NCBI GenBank assembly: GCA_964016885.1
Contig: OZ024742.1
Location: forward strand, 162,130,001 to 162,194,000
Source: Eledone cirrhosa
Taxonomy: Eukaryota
Length of the DNA stretch: 64,000 bases
Direction of reading: 5' to 3'
The notes beneath the pieces were generated by a model. The model was not told where the DNA came from, did no database searches, and was given only the letters and a program-made list of their open reading frames with translations. The position numbers and the translations under genes were made by a program. Below are positions 27,263 through 40,231 of the stretch, piece after piece; within the stretch, counting starts at the first letter, position 1; each line of letters starts with the position of its first letter.

Positions 27263-27834
27263 AACGATTGACATTCACCCGACAAAATGAATTATACTTC
27301 TTATTCAAAAGGCCAGTCATGTCACACTGAGTTTCTGAGAACTACATTACAAGTACATCTGTAGAATGCTTAGCCACATGCACATAAATTTCATGAGGAG
27401 GCTGTTCTATTCACCATCAGAGGTTCAATAGTTACACAGATATACTTCTCGTACTGAAGATAAAGACACGAGAAGTGACAGGTACAAGCATAGCTCTGTG
27501 ATCAAGAAGTTTACTTTGTGATCCTAGATGTAATCCTATTGTGATAAGTCTTCTGCTACAGCTTCAATTGATCCATAACCTTGCAAAGGGAACTTTGTCA
27601 AGAGACACAAGACAACATTTGCCCAGGGAGCTACCATTGGGGTTATGCTTGCATGCATATGAGAGAGAGAGAAAGAGAGATCATATAAGCAGAGAAGCCA
27701 TTTCAAATTCTAAGCATGCTGGTGACATGTTCACAGCAATGTCTACAGATGTATGTTGATCTAAATACATTTACAGACTTTCACCAACTTGTGGAGAGCT
27801 CAGTGATTGGTACTAATAATAATACTTATTATGA

Positions 27835-28450
27835 GAGAGACTTGACATTATGTGAACAGATTGAGCTAATTGTTGTCTGGGAAGGAAGGATGGAGGAGGC
27901 ACAGAAAAAGGAAAAAAGTACTAGAAGTTGGGGGAGGACTGGTGGAGGTTGGCAGTCAAGGGTTTACAAATTGTTCCCTTAGCCATTTAGCATTTACATT
28001 ACTCTATACATACTCTTGTATTTTTGTGGCAAAGGGTTTATTTTATATAATGATCTCACATAATATTGAATCTACATGATTTTGATGTTATTTATTTTGA
28101 GAACAATATCTTAATGTCAATATGAGCGGCCAGTTAAGGCCAGTTTGAACAGAAAGAGGTGAGAGAATTCTGGCTGGATATATCTGGTTTAAATGCTAAA
28201 GGGTTAATAAAGCATACAGAACACTGGACATTGTGGAAGCAAGCAGGAGAGCCATGAGAAACAACATTGAAGCAGCATCTAGATGGCTATGGCTGAAGAG
28301 AAGTGACCAGTGAGGTCAGGAGTATGTACACCACTTGTACACTGGTTGAGGCTTGATGATCCTCAGTTGGATTACCTGGATGAAGGTGTATGTTGGAAGA
28401 GCCTCCTAAGCACCCAGTGACTCCAGGATATAATAGTGATGCTGTGTCCT
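27835..28450 (+). mobile_element. HERO/NeSL-like RLE non-LTR element 3' fragment, interrupted by a piggyBac MITE (27983-28203)
   Basis: IELIVVWEGRMEEA before the MITE and KAYRTL..ASRWLWLKR after it, followed by a 3'UTR. Confidence 0.6.
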
Positions 28451-28586
28451 ATTGTTAGGTCACCTTAATGAGTGTATATGTGGTAACACTCTGAAACACC
28501 CAGTGGCTCCAGGTTACAATAGTGATGCTATGTCCTGTTGTTGGGTCACCTTAATGAGGGTATATGTTGTAACACTCTGAAACACC
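28412..28586. repeat. ~85-bp tandem duplication
   Basis: CACCCAGTG.CTCCAGG..TAGTGATGCT..GTCACCTTAATGAG..AACACTCTGAAA occurs twice. Confidence 0.75.
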
Positions 28587-28999
28587 TCAGAAACAACATA
28601 CCATAATATATAGTCTTTTATTCTGTTACTAGTTTCAGTTGCTGGACTGAGGCCATACTGAGGCGGCAAATCCAGGTGACTTATTTAATCATATGGATTC
28701 CTGTACATATTTCAAAGTCTGGAAGCATGAAAAAGCAGGCAACCATTGTGGTCAGTCCAATACTTGGACATGTGTAACTACTGCTTATATGGAGGCAACA
28801 TACCATATATTGGAAACATTGAGCAGCAGAATGATTACATATGGATATTTCTACATAAGTGTTTAAACATTACATATATTGTAATATATCTATATAAATG
28901 TTACATACATTTTCAAATATCTATATAAACACAGCGTGGTAAACATTACACAAATAAGTGAATGTTTCAAAACAATTCACCAATAACCCCCACTAAATA

Positions 29000-31900
29000 T
29001 AAACTTTTAAATGCACTAAAAACAACCTGAAAGGAAAGATTACCCAAGTGGAGGACAACTTTGTATTTAATTCTGACAAAACTTTGTTGAAACTTGTAAA
29101 GAGGTTCATTGTCTATTTTGAAAAATAAATAGAAATAATAATAGAAAAATAGAAAAAATAATAGAAAAATAAATAGAAATAAATAGAAATAATAAATAGA
29201 AAAAATAAATAGACAAAATCATCATGGCTAAACATATTTTTTCCTTTCAACCAAATCCTGACTACGATCATTAGATGCAATGGAGCTACAATCTTAAAGA
29301 TATATAAGAAGCACACATACAATCTGATCCATAAAAGTTTGGTTTTATGCAAAGGCTAAAACATTTCTAGAATTAGATTTCCCCAAAAAACATTTAAATG
29401 AACAAACAATGTATCATTAGATGTTAAATTGATACATTTAACTGAACTGTCTGATCAAAAGCAGGCTGGCACTACACAGCCCACCACTGAAGATAGTCAT
29501 CCCACTTCCACTGATGGACAGACAGCTCAGCTAAATCTAGCATTAAACAACACACCAACAATTTAACTGAACTCTACACCTCTCCTGTACAACCAGAACA
29601 CCAAAAAACTTGTAGACACCTCAAGTGGTCTGGGATGTTTCAATAGGTCAACAACCTTAATTTCATGACAGTATAGGTAAAGAACCCAGTAAATTAGAAT
29701 TGAAGTCAGTGAATGAAACAGCAGACAACTATCTGAAAGCCACACAGTCAAAAGGTATGGAAACATACAAAACTGTTAACATTTTGACATATATCACAAT
29801 GTTAGCATATTACAAACAGCTGAAGTCAAGCAATTGATATATAAACAGAAAGTCTAAATCAGCATAAGCACATAACTTAAAAAATAAAAATTTGTTCCTG
29901 CAAAGAAGTATCTCACAGATCGTTGTAGTTATGAAACAAAGAACAATTTCACAAGAAAGACTTAAACAAAAACAAAATAACTAGAGAGGAGATTTGGAGA
30001 TACAGGATTTAAAAGCTAAACTGCAAACTACAACAACTGAAACAACTCAGATACAGCTGGAAAACTAAAATATAAATCTACAGCATATAAATGGCAAATG
30101 CTAAATAGATTATTCGCCATAGATCTCAAGAAAGTCTATTGTAGCTTCAATATGAAAGATTTAATCTCTGTAAAAGACACCCTGATAAAAGATCAGGTTG
30201 AGAGGTATTGGAAATCTGTATGGGAAACAAATGAATTCAACAAACAAGTTGTATGGCTAAAAGAACTGGAGCAGGTCTACTGCCAGCATGCCCAGAAAAA
30301 GCAATATGAAATGGCTGGCATAATTCTGGAAACAGCTCTACAGAAAATGTCAAACAAAAAATTCCCCTGTTCAGACCACATAACAGGTTACTGGCTGAAG
30401 AATTTTATCTTTTATTGGTAAAATCTCATACAATTGTATGGAGAAAATGCCTGACCAAGACTTGGTACACCTGTTCAGACCACATAACAGGTTACTGGCT
30501 GAAGAATTTTATCTTTTATTGGTAAAATCTCATACAATTGTATGGAGAAAATGCCTGACCAAGACTTGGTACACCACTTTGCTCCTTAGGGGTGATAAGA
30601 AGCAAATTGAGTCTGATAGCATTTACTAGCAAAAAGCATCTTCCAGAGTGATAACTTGTCATCCTTTCATTAAATCCACAAAATATAGTGGCCATAGAAA
30701 TGGATCCAGACGTGTCTCCCATCTTCTCTTTGTCGATGACCTGAAATTGTATGGGCAAAACATCAACCATATAAAAAATAATTAAACCTCATTGGAATGA
30801 AATTTGGCAAGTCCAAATATGCATTTTTGACAATAAAATGTGAAAAGTTGTGTCATCTTCTGAAAACCTAAAAATGAACAATTTGATGATACAAGCTCTA
30901 CAGTCAGGTGACAATATAGATCTCTTGGACAGGTTGAGAATGTCAGATATGATGGACTCATAAATAAGGAGCAGGAGAGTAAAGAGAATATGGTCATCAG
31001 AGCTCTTAACTTACAAGTACATTGCCCATAATACTTTTGCTGTGCCCATCCTAATGCCAACTTTGGTCTGATGAACTGGTCATTGTAAGAACCAAGTGAG
31101 ATGGATGTAAGAACTCACAAGCTGCTCAGGGTTACTGGAAACTTTAACATCAATGCTGATGTGAGAAGGCTATATTTCTCACACAAGGTGGGTGGCCAGA
31201 GCCTAAAATTCATATTATCATAATATGAGACCCAGATAATAACACTGAAGAAGAAAGGGTCAGCAGCCATCTTGCTCAAGTTTATGAGCATGAAAATAAT
31301 AATATTGTTAGGATAGCCATTGATCTAGAAGAGAGACAAAATGAAACCTGAAATAAATCTCTCTCTCAGGAACATTGGAAGACTACTAAATACTCTAACA
31401 TAAAAAAAAAAAACTGAACACCAATTCACTGAGAAAATTGTACATGGGTACTCGAGCTGAAAAACACCAAACAGAGGGGATAAAACAAACTAAAAGCCTA
31501 ACAAAGTTTTGACAAATTCATAACATCCCACCTTGAAGGATCGCTCCAAGCAACCCCGGAACAAGAAATCCCCACTAAGTTCCTACTGCACAAAAGAGGA
31601 AAGTCATTAGTTGACAATAAATGTAGACTGCGCACGACAAAGATTGAAGATGTTAGCCATATTATTGCCAACTGTAAAAGAATGTCTTCTCGCTACTATT
31701 TCTTCATGAGGCATGATGTTATTGGTAGAACAAACTGGAATGCATTAAGGAAGACCAAAAATGAAATTAAATCGGGAGAAATATGTTGAAACTGTTGGCT
31801 ATAAAGAATACTAGTGAACTTAAAAATAAAAACACACTACAACCGGCCTGATATTATTGTTTGGGACCAGAAATTAAAAACATGATCTGTTGTAGAAGTC

Positions 31901-32235
31901 AGCTGCCCACATGAAGTCAATATGCTAAGAAAAACGCAAGAAAAGGAAATATCTACGGACCATTGATGAGGAGTTTGTAGATCCAGTATCCAAGATACAC
32001 GTTCAGTTTCATACCTGTCATTATTGAAGCTACAGGTTATAAACCAGCATGCCTGGACAAACGTATAACTGAAATTGAATTTGTGGAGAAAGAACGTGGA
32101 TCTTTAATTCCTAAGCTACAAATGGCCGCGATATCTGTAACCTTCAAAATTTGTCAAATGTTCTTATGATTCTTCCTTTTCTTTACAACCTTGCCACCGA
32201 GAAGGTGACCGGAGAAAATTAAACTGAAAAATTAA
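29000..32235 (+). mobile_element. Heavily degraded R4/Dong-clade non-LTR retrotransposon (5' boundary approximate)
   Basis: LNRLF..KKVY and YWKSVWE..SDHITGYWLK (30098-30421), HLLFVDDLKLY (~30720), CRLRTTKIEDVSHII..RYYF.MRHD (~31620-31720) and YNRPDIIVWD..VEVSCP (~31840); homologous to 1978-3672. Confidence 0.85.
30367..30574. repeat. Exact 104-bp tandem duplication inside the LINE RT region
   Basis: CTGTTCAGACCACATAAC...GACTTGGTACAC at 30367 and 30471. Confidence 0.9.
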
Positions 32236-33119
32236 GAGAGAGACCACACACACCACATATATATAGATCGAAATCGGTGACATCTCCAGTCAACATTTAA
32301 TGAAAGGACTCCACTCTCTGCAGTGCTAGTTGTATGTAGAATATGCGTGTGTACGTGAAAACCCGTGTGTACTAAGATATTTTATATAAATATAATTTTC
32401 TGAAATATAACACAGATTAATGAAAATCACACGAGAGAGAGAGACCGTGTGTGCGTGTGTGTGTTTGTTTTCTCTGTCTATGTGTGTGGCTGACTGCTCC
32501 TGTGCCTACGTGATTGTGTATATGTGTGTCTCTCTTACCGTGTCTGTTTGTACAGGTGTGTGTGTGTTTCTACTTAAAATAATTAACGTTAAATATTTCC
32601 CGATTGGGAGCATTAAAGTTGAACTATAAGGAAACCCTTGAGTGCCACAACCTCCATAGATAACGACAGACCGGATACAATAGCTACCGAGAAGAAACCA
32701 TAGCAACAGGATACATACGCATACCTACACACACACAGACATACGTAAATTCAGACACATTCACGTACACACCTACGTACACATACACCAGCCGAGTGTG
32801 TTTAGATAAAATGTCGGGCAAATAAAGCCAAGATAATTCCGACCCAAATCTGGCCAATATCAACGGACGTTCCACTTTAGTAAATATTTCTTTATTTGTT
32901 GTTACTGCTGTTGTTTCTGTTGCTGTTTCCTAGTGTGTGATGGGCACAACAAGGTTTTATCAAATACACAAGACAGAAGTAGACAATGGTGAAAGTATTT
33001 AAATAAATATAAAAATATGGAAGAAAAAAGAAAAAAAACCTGGGGGGTATGAAGATAAGGAGGGGGAAACCACACCTTTGACTCGGTGGTATATCTCCTC
33101 ACAAACAAGAAGTCGAAAA

Positions 33120-33290
33120 CGTTGCCACGATAAACAGCCAGTGACGCACGCTATATCAGCCACTCCACCTTACGGAGGCTCATTCTTTGGGCGGGATGCA
33201 CTCATAATTTTGCGGGAGAAAACGGTACACTAGTACACAAAAGGTCTCGAAGGCGATTAGCATGAAAAAGAGGCGGTCGACTTATGTCTA
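33120..33290. promoter_or_regulatory. Candidate CpG-rich promoter
   Basis: Apparently non-repetitive CpG-rich stretch with CRE-like TGACGCA (33142), GC box GGGCGG (33189) and E2F-like TTTTGCGGGA (33208). No transcript evidence. Confidence 0.3.
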
Positions 33291-33927
33291 GTATTTGGAT
33301 ATCTAGTTGGGAGTTAAGATATTGTGACAGTTGCTGTTTAGCTCCAGATCAGCTGGTCAAAACTTCACATAATCCCTTATTTTCCCAGATAATGTATCGA
33401 AGACTACATCGAGATGGTGAGTTGAATGAGGGTGTAACTCCCCTCCCACAGAATCCACAGTACAGAGAAGTCCAAGTGTATGAGATACCAAAGACAGCAA
33501 TGGCGGTAAATATGAAAGTAAACGCCATAGTGGAATGTTGCTATAGTGTTTCAACGTGATACTAGTTAACCGGGTGCCATCATCATACACGGCGCATCTT
33601 GGGCATTTAAAACCTAGTGGAGCCTATTCTTGTCCAGGCCTCAACATAAACGATTTCTTGGGGAGAAAGAGACTGCAAGATATAGAAAGAATCGATCCCA
33701 GTACTGGACTCGAAAGGATGAAAGGCAAAGTTGACCTCGGCGGGATTTGAACTCAAAGCGAAGTGAGCGACATAAAGATGGGGTAGTCATAAAATAAAAC
33801 GCTTTTGATTATGTTTGGTCATTCGGGTTTGAATTTTGGCTAAACAACAACTCTTATACTTATGTAAGAAACAGACAACATAAGACTGGGGTCCCTATCA
33901 ACAAAACACCAGAAAAACCTATGAGAA

Positions 33928-34625
33928 TGTGTGGCTGGGGCCTTGTCGGAAGTATAAGGATCAGTGACATCATAGGACTCGGGGGGGGGGGGGTCTTGCT
34001 GGAAGCATAAGAGCGAGTGATGTCACAAAAGCGGAAGTAGGAGTGAGTCGGCTGAGTGACTCGGAGATAAAGAGACTGCATACTATACATCATAGCCAGG
34101 AAAGTTGTCTCCGCCGTTACCAGACAGAGTGTTCAGAAAGTGGTTAGGAGTGGTGACAGGCGTCAGTCTATCGACCCCACTCCGGGTATGCATGAGATGG
34201 GAAACATTCGGTGGGACACAACTGGAACCGATTTGCAGTGGATGTGAGACACGACCGACAAGGGACATATCTCTCGTTTGGTCGGCGGGTGACAATATGG
34301 GGGAAAATAAAGGCGAGGAATGCAAATGAAATTGCACGAATGCTGAACGAGATATTTCTGGAGTGGAGCCCTTTGGATATGCTGCTGATGGACAATGATA
34401 TTGCATTTCGCTCAGAGCGGCGTATAGGCGAAATGGAATTGTGAAGAGACACAATCGCACGATCAAGGTCATGGAGAGGGGATATTTCAGACTTTCGTGC
34501 TCAGGGGACGTGTTTTTGCCGCATGAACTTGTGATACATGTTAATAGGTTTTGGGTAGAGGTTAGGTAGATAGAGCAGTCACAGATATCCCCCATGTGAA
34601 CAGGGAGACGACCCGCGACGTAGGT
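33928..34625 (+). mobile_element. Internally deleted gypsy relic: LTR-like segment joined to an integrase fragment
   Basis: WNRFAVDV.HDRQGTYLS..EIARMLNEIFLEW..LLMDN is homologous to the integrase at 23254-23883. Confidence 0.75.
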
Positions 34626-35400
34626 GAACTAACCCCCCTCCCACACACACACACCTCAACAGAAATACAACCTACATAGGTATGAGATGTAACAATATGA
34701 GAGGACGGGGAATTCTATCATTAAAATGAAAAAAAAAAAAAGAGAAACCTATGAAATGTAGCCTCATAGGATGCCAGCTGAACCTACATAGACGTAAGCT
34801 GTAACATGTTACGACTGGCGCTCCTAACATTAAAACACCCGAGAAATCTCATAGAAGACCAACTAAACCTGTGCAGGTGAGAGCTGTAAAAATAGCAGCA
34901 AGGGCAAAGACAACGAATTCGAAAAGAGAGGAGACTGACAATTAGATGTACCTCACTAATTGACTTATTTCACTATTTAGTGAAGGGGGTGGGGTGGGGG
35001 GACAGTGCTTACGAAACTGCTAATGGAAAGGAGGAAGGTATCTTTAAAAATCGGAAACATGGTTGGAAAGCTTGCAAGAGCTGGGTGGTGATTTTATAAC
35101 CGATGACTTGTCTATAGGATTTGAACTCAGAGTGCAGAGAATTGGAACAAATAGCGCAAGGTAAATAGCCCCATGCTCTATCCACTCTGCTAATTCGTTG
35201 CCTGGTATTTTTTTTATCGACCATAACAGCAGATTTAAAACTTAAAACGAAATTACATTCTGCAAGACATTGGTCTTGCTGGATCAGGACTAGCCTGGGG
35301 CTAAACTTCATCAATGAATATTACTCGCACACACACATACATCATTCCTTGTAGATTAACTGGCCAGATGTAATGTAGTTAATGTAAGGTCATCCTCCGT

Positions 35401-35650
35401 GCATGGCTTAGTGCTTAGGTGTTTGGCGATCGTGAGGTTGTGAGTTCGCTTCTCGGCGCTGCGTTGTGTCCTTGAGCAAGACACTTTATTTCATAATCTC
35501 CAATCCATTCAGCTAGGAAAAAATGGATTGTACTTGTAATTAAAATGGGCCAGCTTTGTTAGACTGTAATGCTGAATCTTCCCGGGAACTACTTTAAGGA
35601 TACACGTGTGTGTGTGGAATGCTCAGTCACTTGCAGATAATTTCACGAGC
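35401..35650 (+). mobile_element. tRNA-derived SINE family A
   Basis: A-box TGGCTTAGTG, B-box GAGTTCGCTTC, core GTGTCCTTGAGCAAGACACTTTATTT. Confidence 0.75.
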
Positions 35651-36478
35651 AACAGGGACACATATGTGTTTCAATAACTACTAAGACATTGAAAATATAA
35701 ATATAAAAGAGTCATTTGGTAAAGAGAAAAGAGGTACTACCTCTTCAGCCAGAGCTATGAACATATTCCAGATATGATCAGACCCGACTTTTGTTCACGA
35801 GTATAGTGTTGAATCCAGGACCAAAATCCAATATGTCCTTAATTCTTCGGTGGAGTTGTGATTTGATAGATTTGGCTGCTATTTCTAGCAAGTGGAATGA
35901 CTACACAGATACACTAATGAAGGAGGGAACAATTGTATGTGTGGGTATGTGTATAGTTTCCAGTCGATAGTTGCTTACTGGACTGTCCCAGAATGCACAC
36001 AAAATATATATACACACGCACATAACGTGAATTTGCGAACGTGACTCGTCACGTGTCTAGTATTTTGATACCACCTTAGGTGGTATCAGTGAAAATAATA
36101 GTGAAAATAATTAAAATGGAAAAATATTTATAGAGAAGAATGGTATATACATACAGGGCCGTATTAACCTATAGCAAGGTCTCTAGGTTTTCAGGATCCG
36201 TCTGGCACTTCAGGCTTTCACCTCACTACAGCAAAACAAATTGACGGGGACCTTCGAGTATGTGTGTGCACACACACACATATATATATATAAATATACA
36301 TACATACACGTAATTTCTCAGTTGTTTGCTACCTAAGGTTTCAAAGCCTACACTAGCATAGGTCACAGAGACACTATATATGACAGCAAATATTTTGGCT
36401 CTGTATTTAGCATAGAACGCTCTTTTTCCTTTATCTATTCCACAAAATCTCTTTACACACACATTATATACACACACG

Positions 36479-36530
<52 letters not shown>

Positions 36531-36531
<1 letters not shown>

Positions 36532-36618
36532 AATCAAAGTTTTAAGTACTTTGTTTGTTTATATATATATATATATATATGTATATATAAACAAACAAAG
36601 TACTTAAAACTTTGATTT
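36531..36618. repeat. Inverted repeat, 30-bp arms around (TA)n
   Basis: AAATCAAAGTTTTAAGTACTTTGTTTGTTT-(TA)n-AAACAAACAAAGTACTTAAAACTTTGATTT. Confidence 0.9.
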
Positions 36619-37516
36619 TCGCTGTCGGACCATGAGTTCTGCCTGTATGGACCACAGGTTGGGAACTGCCGAGGATGAGACAGGGAGTGAGATAATTCAA
36701 GTGTTGATGAAGTCAGGACCTTAACTGCATTATAGACCCGCGAGCCAAGCAGTTCATTAGGGCCACTATGCACAACCACAGCATACACAGAATAGCAGTG
36801 GGTCCCTAAACACAGTGAGTACCCGGACTACTATACAATGTCTTAAATCCGACAGGGGAGAGAGTTAGAAGAGAGATGACGTGTTAAGAACGAATGCAAA
36901 CAGTCGGATAGAGAGAGCGAGGGGAAAGAGAGGAGAGAGAAGTCTGTCACTAAAACGTAATAGAAAGAGAGTGAGAGAAACATATCATTGAAGTGTAATA
37001 GAGAGGGAGAGAGAGAAAGAGCCATGTCACTGAAGTGTAACAAAAAAAAGAGGGAGAGAAATAACCATGTCACTGAAGTGTAACAGAGAGTGAGAGAGAG
37101 TCATTTCACTAAAGTGTGTGATAGAGGGAGAGATAGACTGTCATGTTACTAAAGTGTGTTAGAAAGATATATACAGAGTCATGTGTGTGTAAGAGAGAGA
37201 GCGTGAGAAAGAAAGACAGTCATGTGTGTGTGATAAGAACGAAAGAGAAGTTCGCCTGTTTTCTTACATTATTGACGACAAGTCAATCAGTGAATGCGTG
37301 TGTGTGTGTGTGTGTATCTGTTTACATCAATTCGTCTCTTCTTTACCACCATCTTTCTCTCTTCTCTCACACACACACACACACATATATATATATACAC
37401 TGAAAATACTGGAAATCCAGAGTTATGTAAGCTCTTCGTCGGACACACGAAATAGAAATTCCCATAATATCGAGAGAGAGAGACAGAGTTTTCTACTGAA
37501 TACCAGAGAGCGAGGG

Positions 37517-37547
<31 letters not shown>

Positions 37548-38111
37548 GTAATAATAAACCTCTTAAAAACACTCGGTATTTTAAAGCCCACTGTTGTATA
37601 TAACGTGTCCCAAGTAAAACGAAATATATAAATTGTCTTAATATTCATAAACAGAGAAATACTAGATTATCATATTCTACTGACTATCAGAACATTATAT
37701 CTGGACTCTCACAGACGGTAAATATAAATATATATTTAAAATAATAATAATAAACCTCTTGAGACAACTTACCGGGTATTTCTCAGAGTTATGAATGCTC
37801 CGTGTCGGGTACAAGAGATAAAAAAGAATGTCTCTAAATGTCCATAGAGAGGGAGATTATTTACTAGTGGTGACTGCCAGAGAGCGACCTGTTAGTTTAT
37901 GTAGAGTTATGAGGAGACGGCAACGATGAGAAGTATTTATAGTGTGGCGGGAGAGAGTAAGACGGGGGAAAGAGAAAGCGTCAGCAAATATATAGAGGGG
38001 GCATAACGTAGATAGAGATACACTGATATATATATATATATATATATCCATCCATCCGTATGTGGTTGATGGCTGAGGGAAAGGAGTATTCAATACCGAA
38101 GTAGAGGTTTA

Positions 38112-38257
38112 ATATTCATTTGATTAAGGTTAAATAGTGAGTCTTGTTATTCTGGAGTTTCGCCCGTGTACCACAGAGTCATCAGGATGACCCTGTGGTA
38201 ACCGAGCGAAACTCCAGATTAACAAGACTCACTATTTAGTCTTAATAAAATGAATAT
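38112..38257. repeat. Imperfect palindrome (~72-bp arms) centred on a hammerhead-like core
   Basis: Minus strand CTGATGA-CTCTGTGGTACACGGGC-GAAAC; mirror copy on plus (GATGA..CGAAACTCCAG). Confidence 0.8.
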
Positions 38258-38647
38258 ATATATATATCATCGCCATCACCGTTTAACGGTTTCCACGCTA
38301 GCATGGGTTAGACAAATTGTCCCGTTTGAGGAAAATTGGGTCAGATGACAGTGTCATGCTCACGCAGAACTGTTTCTGGCTTGGTTTCTACGGTTGGATG
38401 CCCTTCCTAACGCCAACCACATTTACAGTGTGAGCTGAGTGCTTAGTGCTGTGACACCTACACGAGCACTTTACAGTGTCGGCTAGGCGCTTTTTGTCGT
38501 GTTGCCATCACAACCACTTTGCAGTGTGGGCTGGAGGCTTCACTAGATATATACCTGTCAGCGGGAGAGTGTGGTAGGGAGGGATAGTGCATACTATATA
38601 TATGTATGCTTCAGCTTCAACCTGTATATATATATTTAATATAGAAT

Positions 38648-38754
38648 AGAAAAGCTTCTACAGGACTAGAACTGTTTCATTCGTGAGAAATCATCAGTCC
38701 GGACTGATGATTTCTCACGAATTAAACAGTTCTAGTCCCGTAGAAGCTTTTCTA
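38648..38754. repeat. Palindrome (~53-bp arms) centred 3 nt from a hammerhead-like core
   Basis: Axis AGTCC|GGACT; arms carry CTGATGA-TTTCTCACGAAT-GAAAC (minus strand) and a TAAAC variant (plus strand). Confidence 0.85.
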
Positions 38755-38905
38755 TATTAAACATTTATATTCTGCACTGTATTGAGTACCTTACTTACTG
38801 TGGTTACCCCTGATTGAACCCGGGATAACATATATATATATATAGTCACTTATATGTCTGAATTACTGTTGGCTTCTTGCTTACATTAATTTCTTTATTT
38901 TCATT

Positions 38906-38936
<31 letters not shown>

Positions 38937-39052
38937 GGAGAGAAACCAGTTAAGATTGGAGGGAAGTTTCAGAAAAGAACGTATGTTTAAAAAGAGAGTG
39001 GTTGAAATTTTAATATGAGTATGTATATATGTTTGTGTGTGTGGGCATATAT

Positions 39053-39390
39053 ATCATCATCATCATCATCATCACCGTTTTACGTCCGTTCTTCCACGCT
39101 AGCATGGGTTAGACGGGTTGTCCTGTTGTGGGCAGTGTCTGGTCGGCTGACCATGCCTTGCTCATACAGGAACTGATCTGGCTTGATTTCTACAGCTGGA
39201 TGCCCTTCCTAACACCAACCTCATTTACAGTGAGTGCTGGGTGCTTTTTCGTGGCGCCTACACGTCCACTTTACAGTGTGGGCTGGGTGCTTTTTTGCCG
39301 TGGCACCTCCACGACCACCTTGCGGTGGGGGGGGGGGGGCATATTGTTTATATGCTTCAGCATGTACCCATGGGAGGTCGGGTACCCTGT
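39053..39390 (-). mobile_element. RTE-tailed repeat (LINE 3'UTR or SINE); further copies near 7563, 13560, 15700, 16375, 38266, 39400, 40020 and 51600
   Basis: (CAT)n tail on plus, CCGTTTTACGTCC..GCTAGCATGGGTTAGACG and GGATGCCCTTCCTAACACCAACC. Confidence 0.75.
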
Positions 39391-39568
39391 ATATATATAT
39401 ATCATCATCATCACCGTTTAACGTCTATTTTTCCATGCTAGCATGGGTTAGACGGGTTGTCTCGTTTGAGGCAAGTTGGGTCAAGTGACCATGTCTTGCT
39501 CACACCAAACTGTTTCTGGCTTGGTTTCTCTTGGATATTTATACTGAGTTTGTACTGCAAATTATATA

Positions 39569-39672
39569 TACTGGGTGTTTCAAAAAAATGTATACACACT
39601 TCAACAGCCTTCTAATAAATATTGCCTGTACAGGTAATTAAAGTGTGTAGACAATTTTTTTGAAATGTCATG
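39569..39672. mobile_element. Small Tc1/mariner-type MITE
   Basis: Imperfect TIRs TTTCAAAAAAATGTATACACACTT / AAGTGTGTAGACAATTTTTTTGAAA. Confidence 0.55.
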
Positions 39673-39689
39673 CTATAGGCAAGCACATA

Positions 39690-40010
39690 GAATTAGCTGG
39701 ACAGCTCACAGAACAAATGAATCTGCCCTGAAAGAGATTGGTGCCAGTTGAAATAGTAAGGAAAAGGAAACTTCAGTATTTTGGTCTTGTCACCAGAGCC
39801 AAAAAATTGACTACCCAGATTCTTTTTTTTGAGGGACAAATACAAGGGAAAGGGGCCAGGGGACAGCAGAAAAGAAGATGGACAGATGATATTAAGGAAT
39901 AGACAGGAAGGAGTTTGGCGGAATGTATGGCAATGGCTAGAGGCAAGAAATAATGGAGAGTTCTGGTTCACAAGTCCATGACCTCCGACCCTCAGATATG
40001 AGGATGGGAT
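39690..40010 (+). mobile_element. RTE LINE C-terminal relic
   Basis: KRKLQYFGLVTR..EGQIQGK..RRWTDDIKE. Confidence 0.6.
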
Positions 40011-40231
40011 GAGAGTGAGCCATCATCATTATCATCATCATTGTCGATTAACGTCTATCTTCTATGCTAGCATGGGTTAGATGGGTTTGTCCCAATTAGA
40101 GGCAAGTTGGGTCAGGAGACCGTGTCTCGCTCATATAGGAGAGTTTCTAACTGGTTTTCTACAGCTGGATGCCCTTCCTAACGCCAACCACATAGACAGT
40201 GTTGTGCTGGGTACTTTATATATATATATAA

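Noticed and set aside
35401-35470. tRNA gene
   Set aside because: A and B boxes run into a SINE body and no full cloverleaf forms.
36320-36372. Minus-strand CTGTGA-stem-GAAA-CCTTAGG-TA
   Set aside because: The core lacks a base and stem I does not pair; at best a relic.
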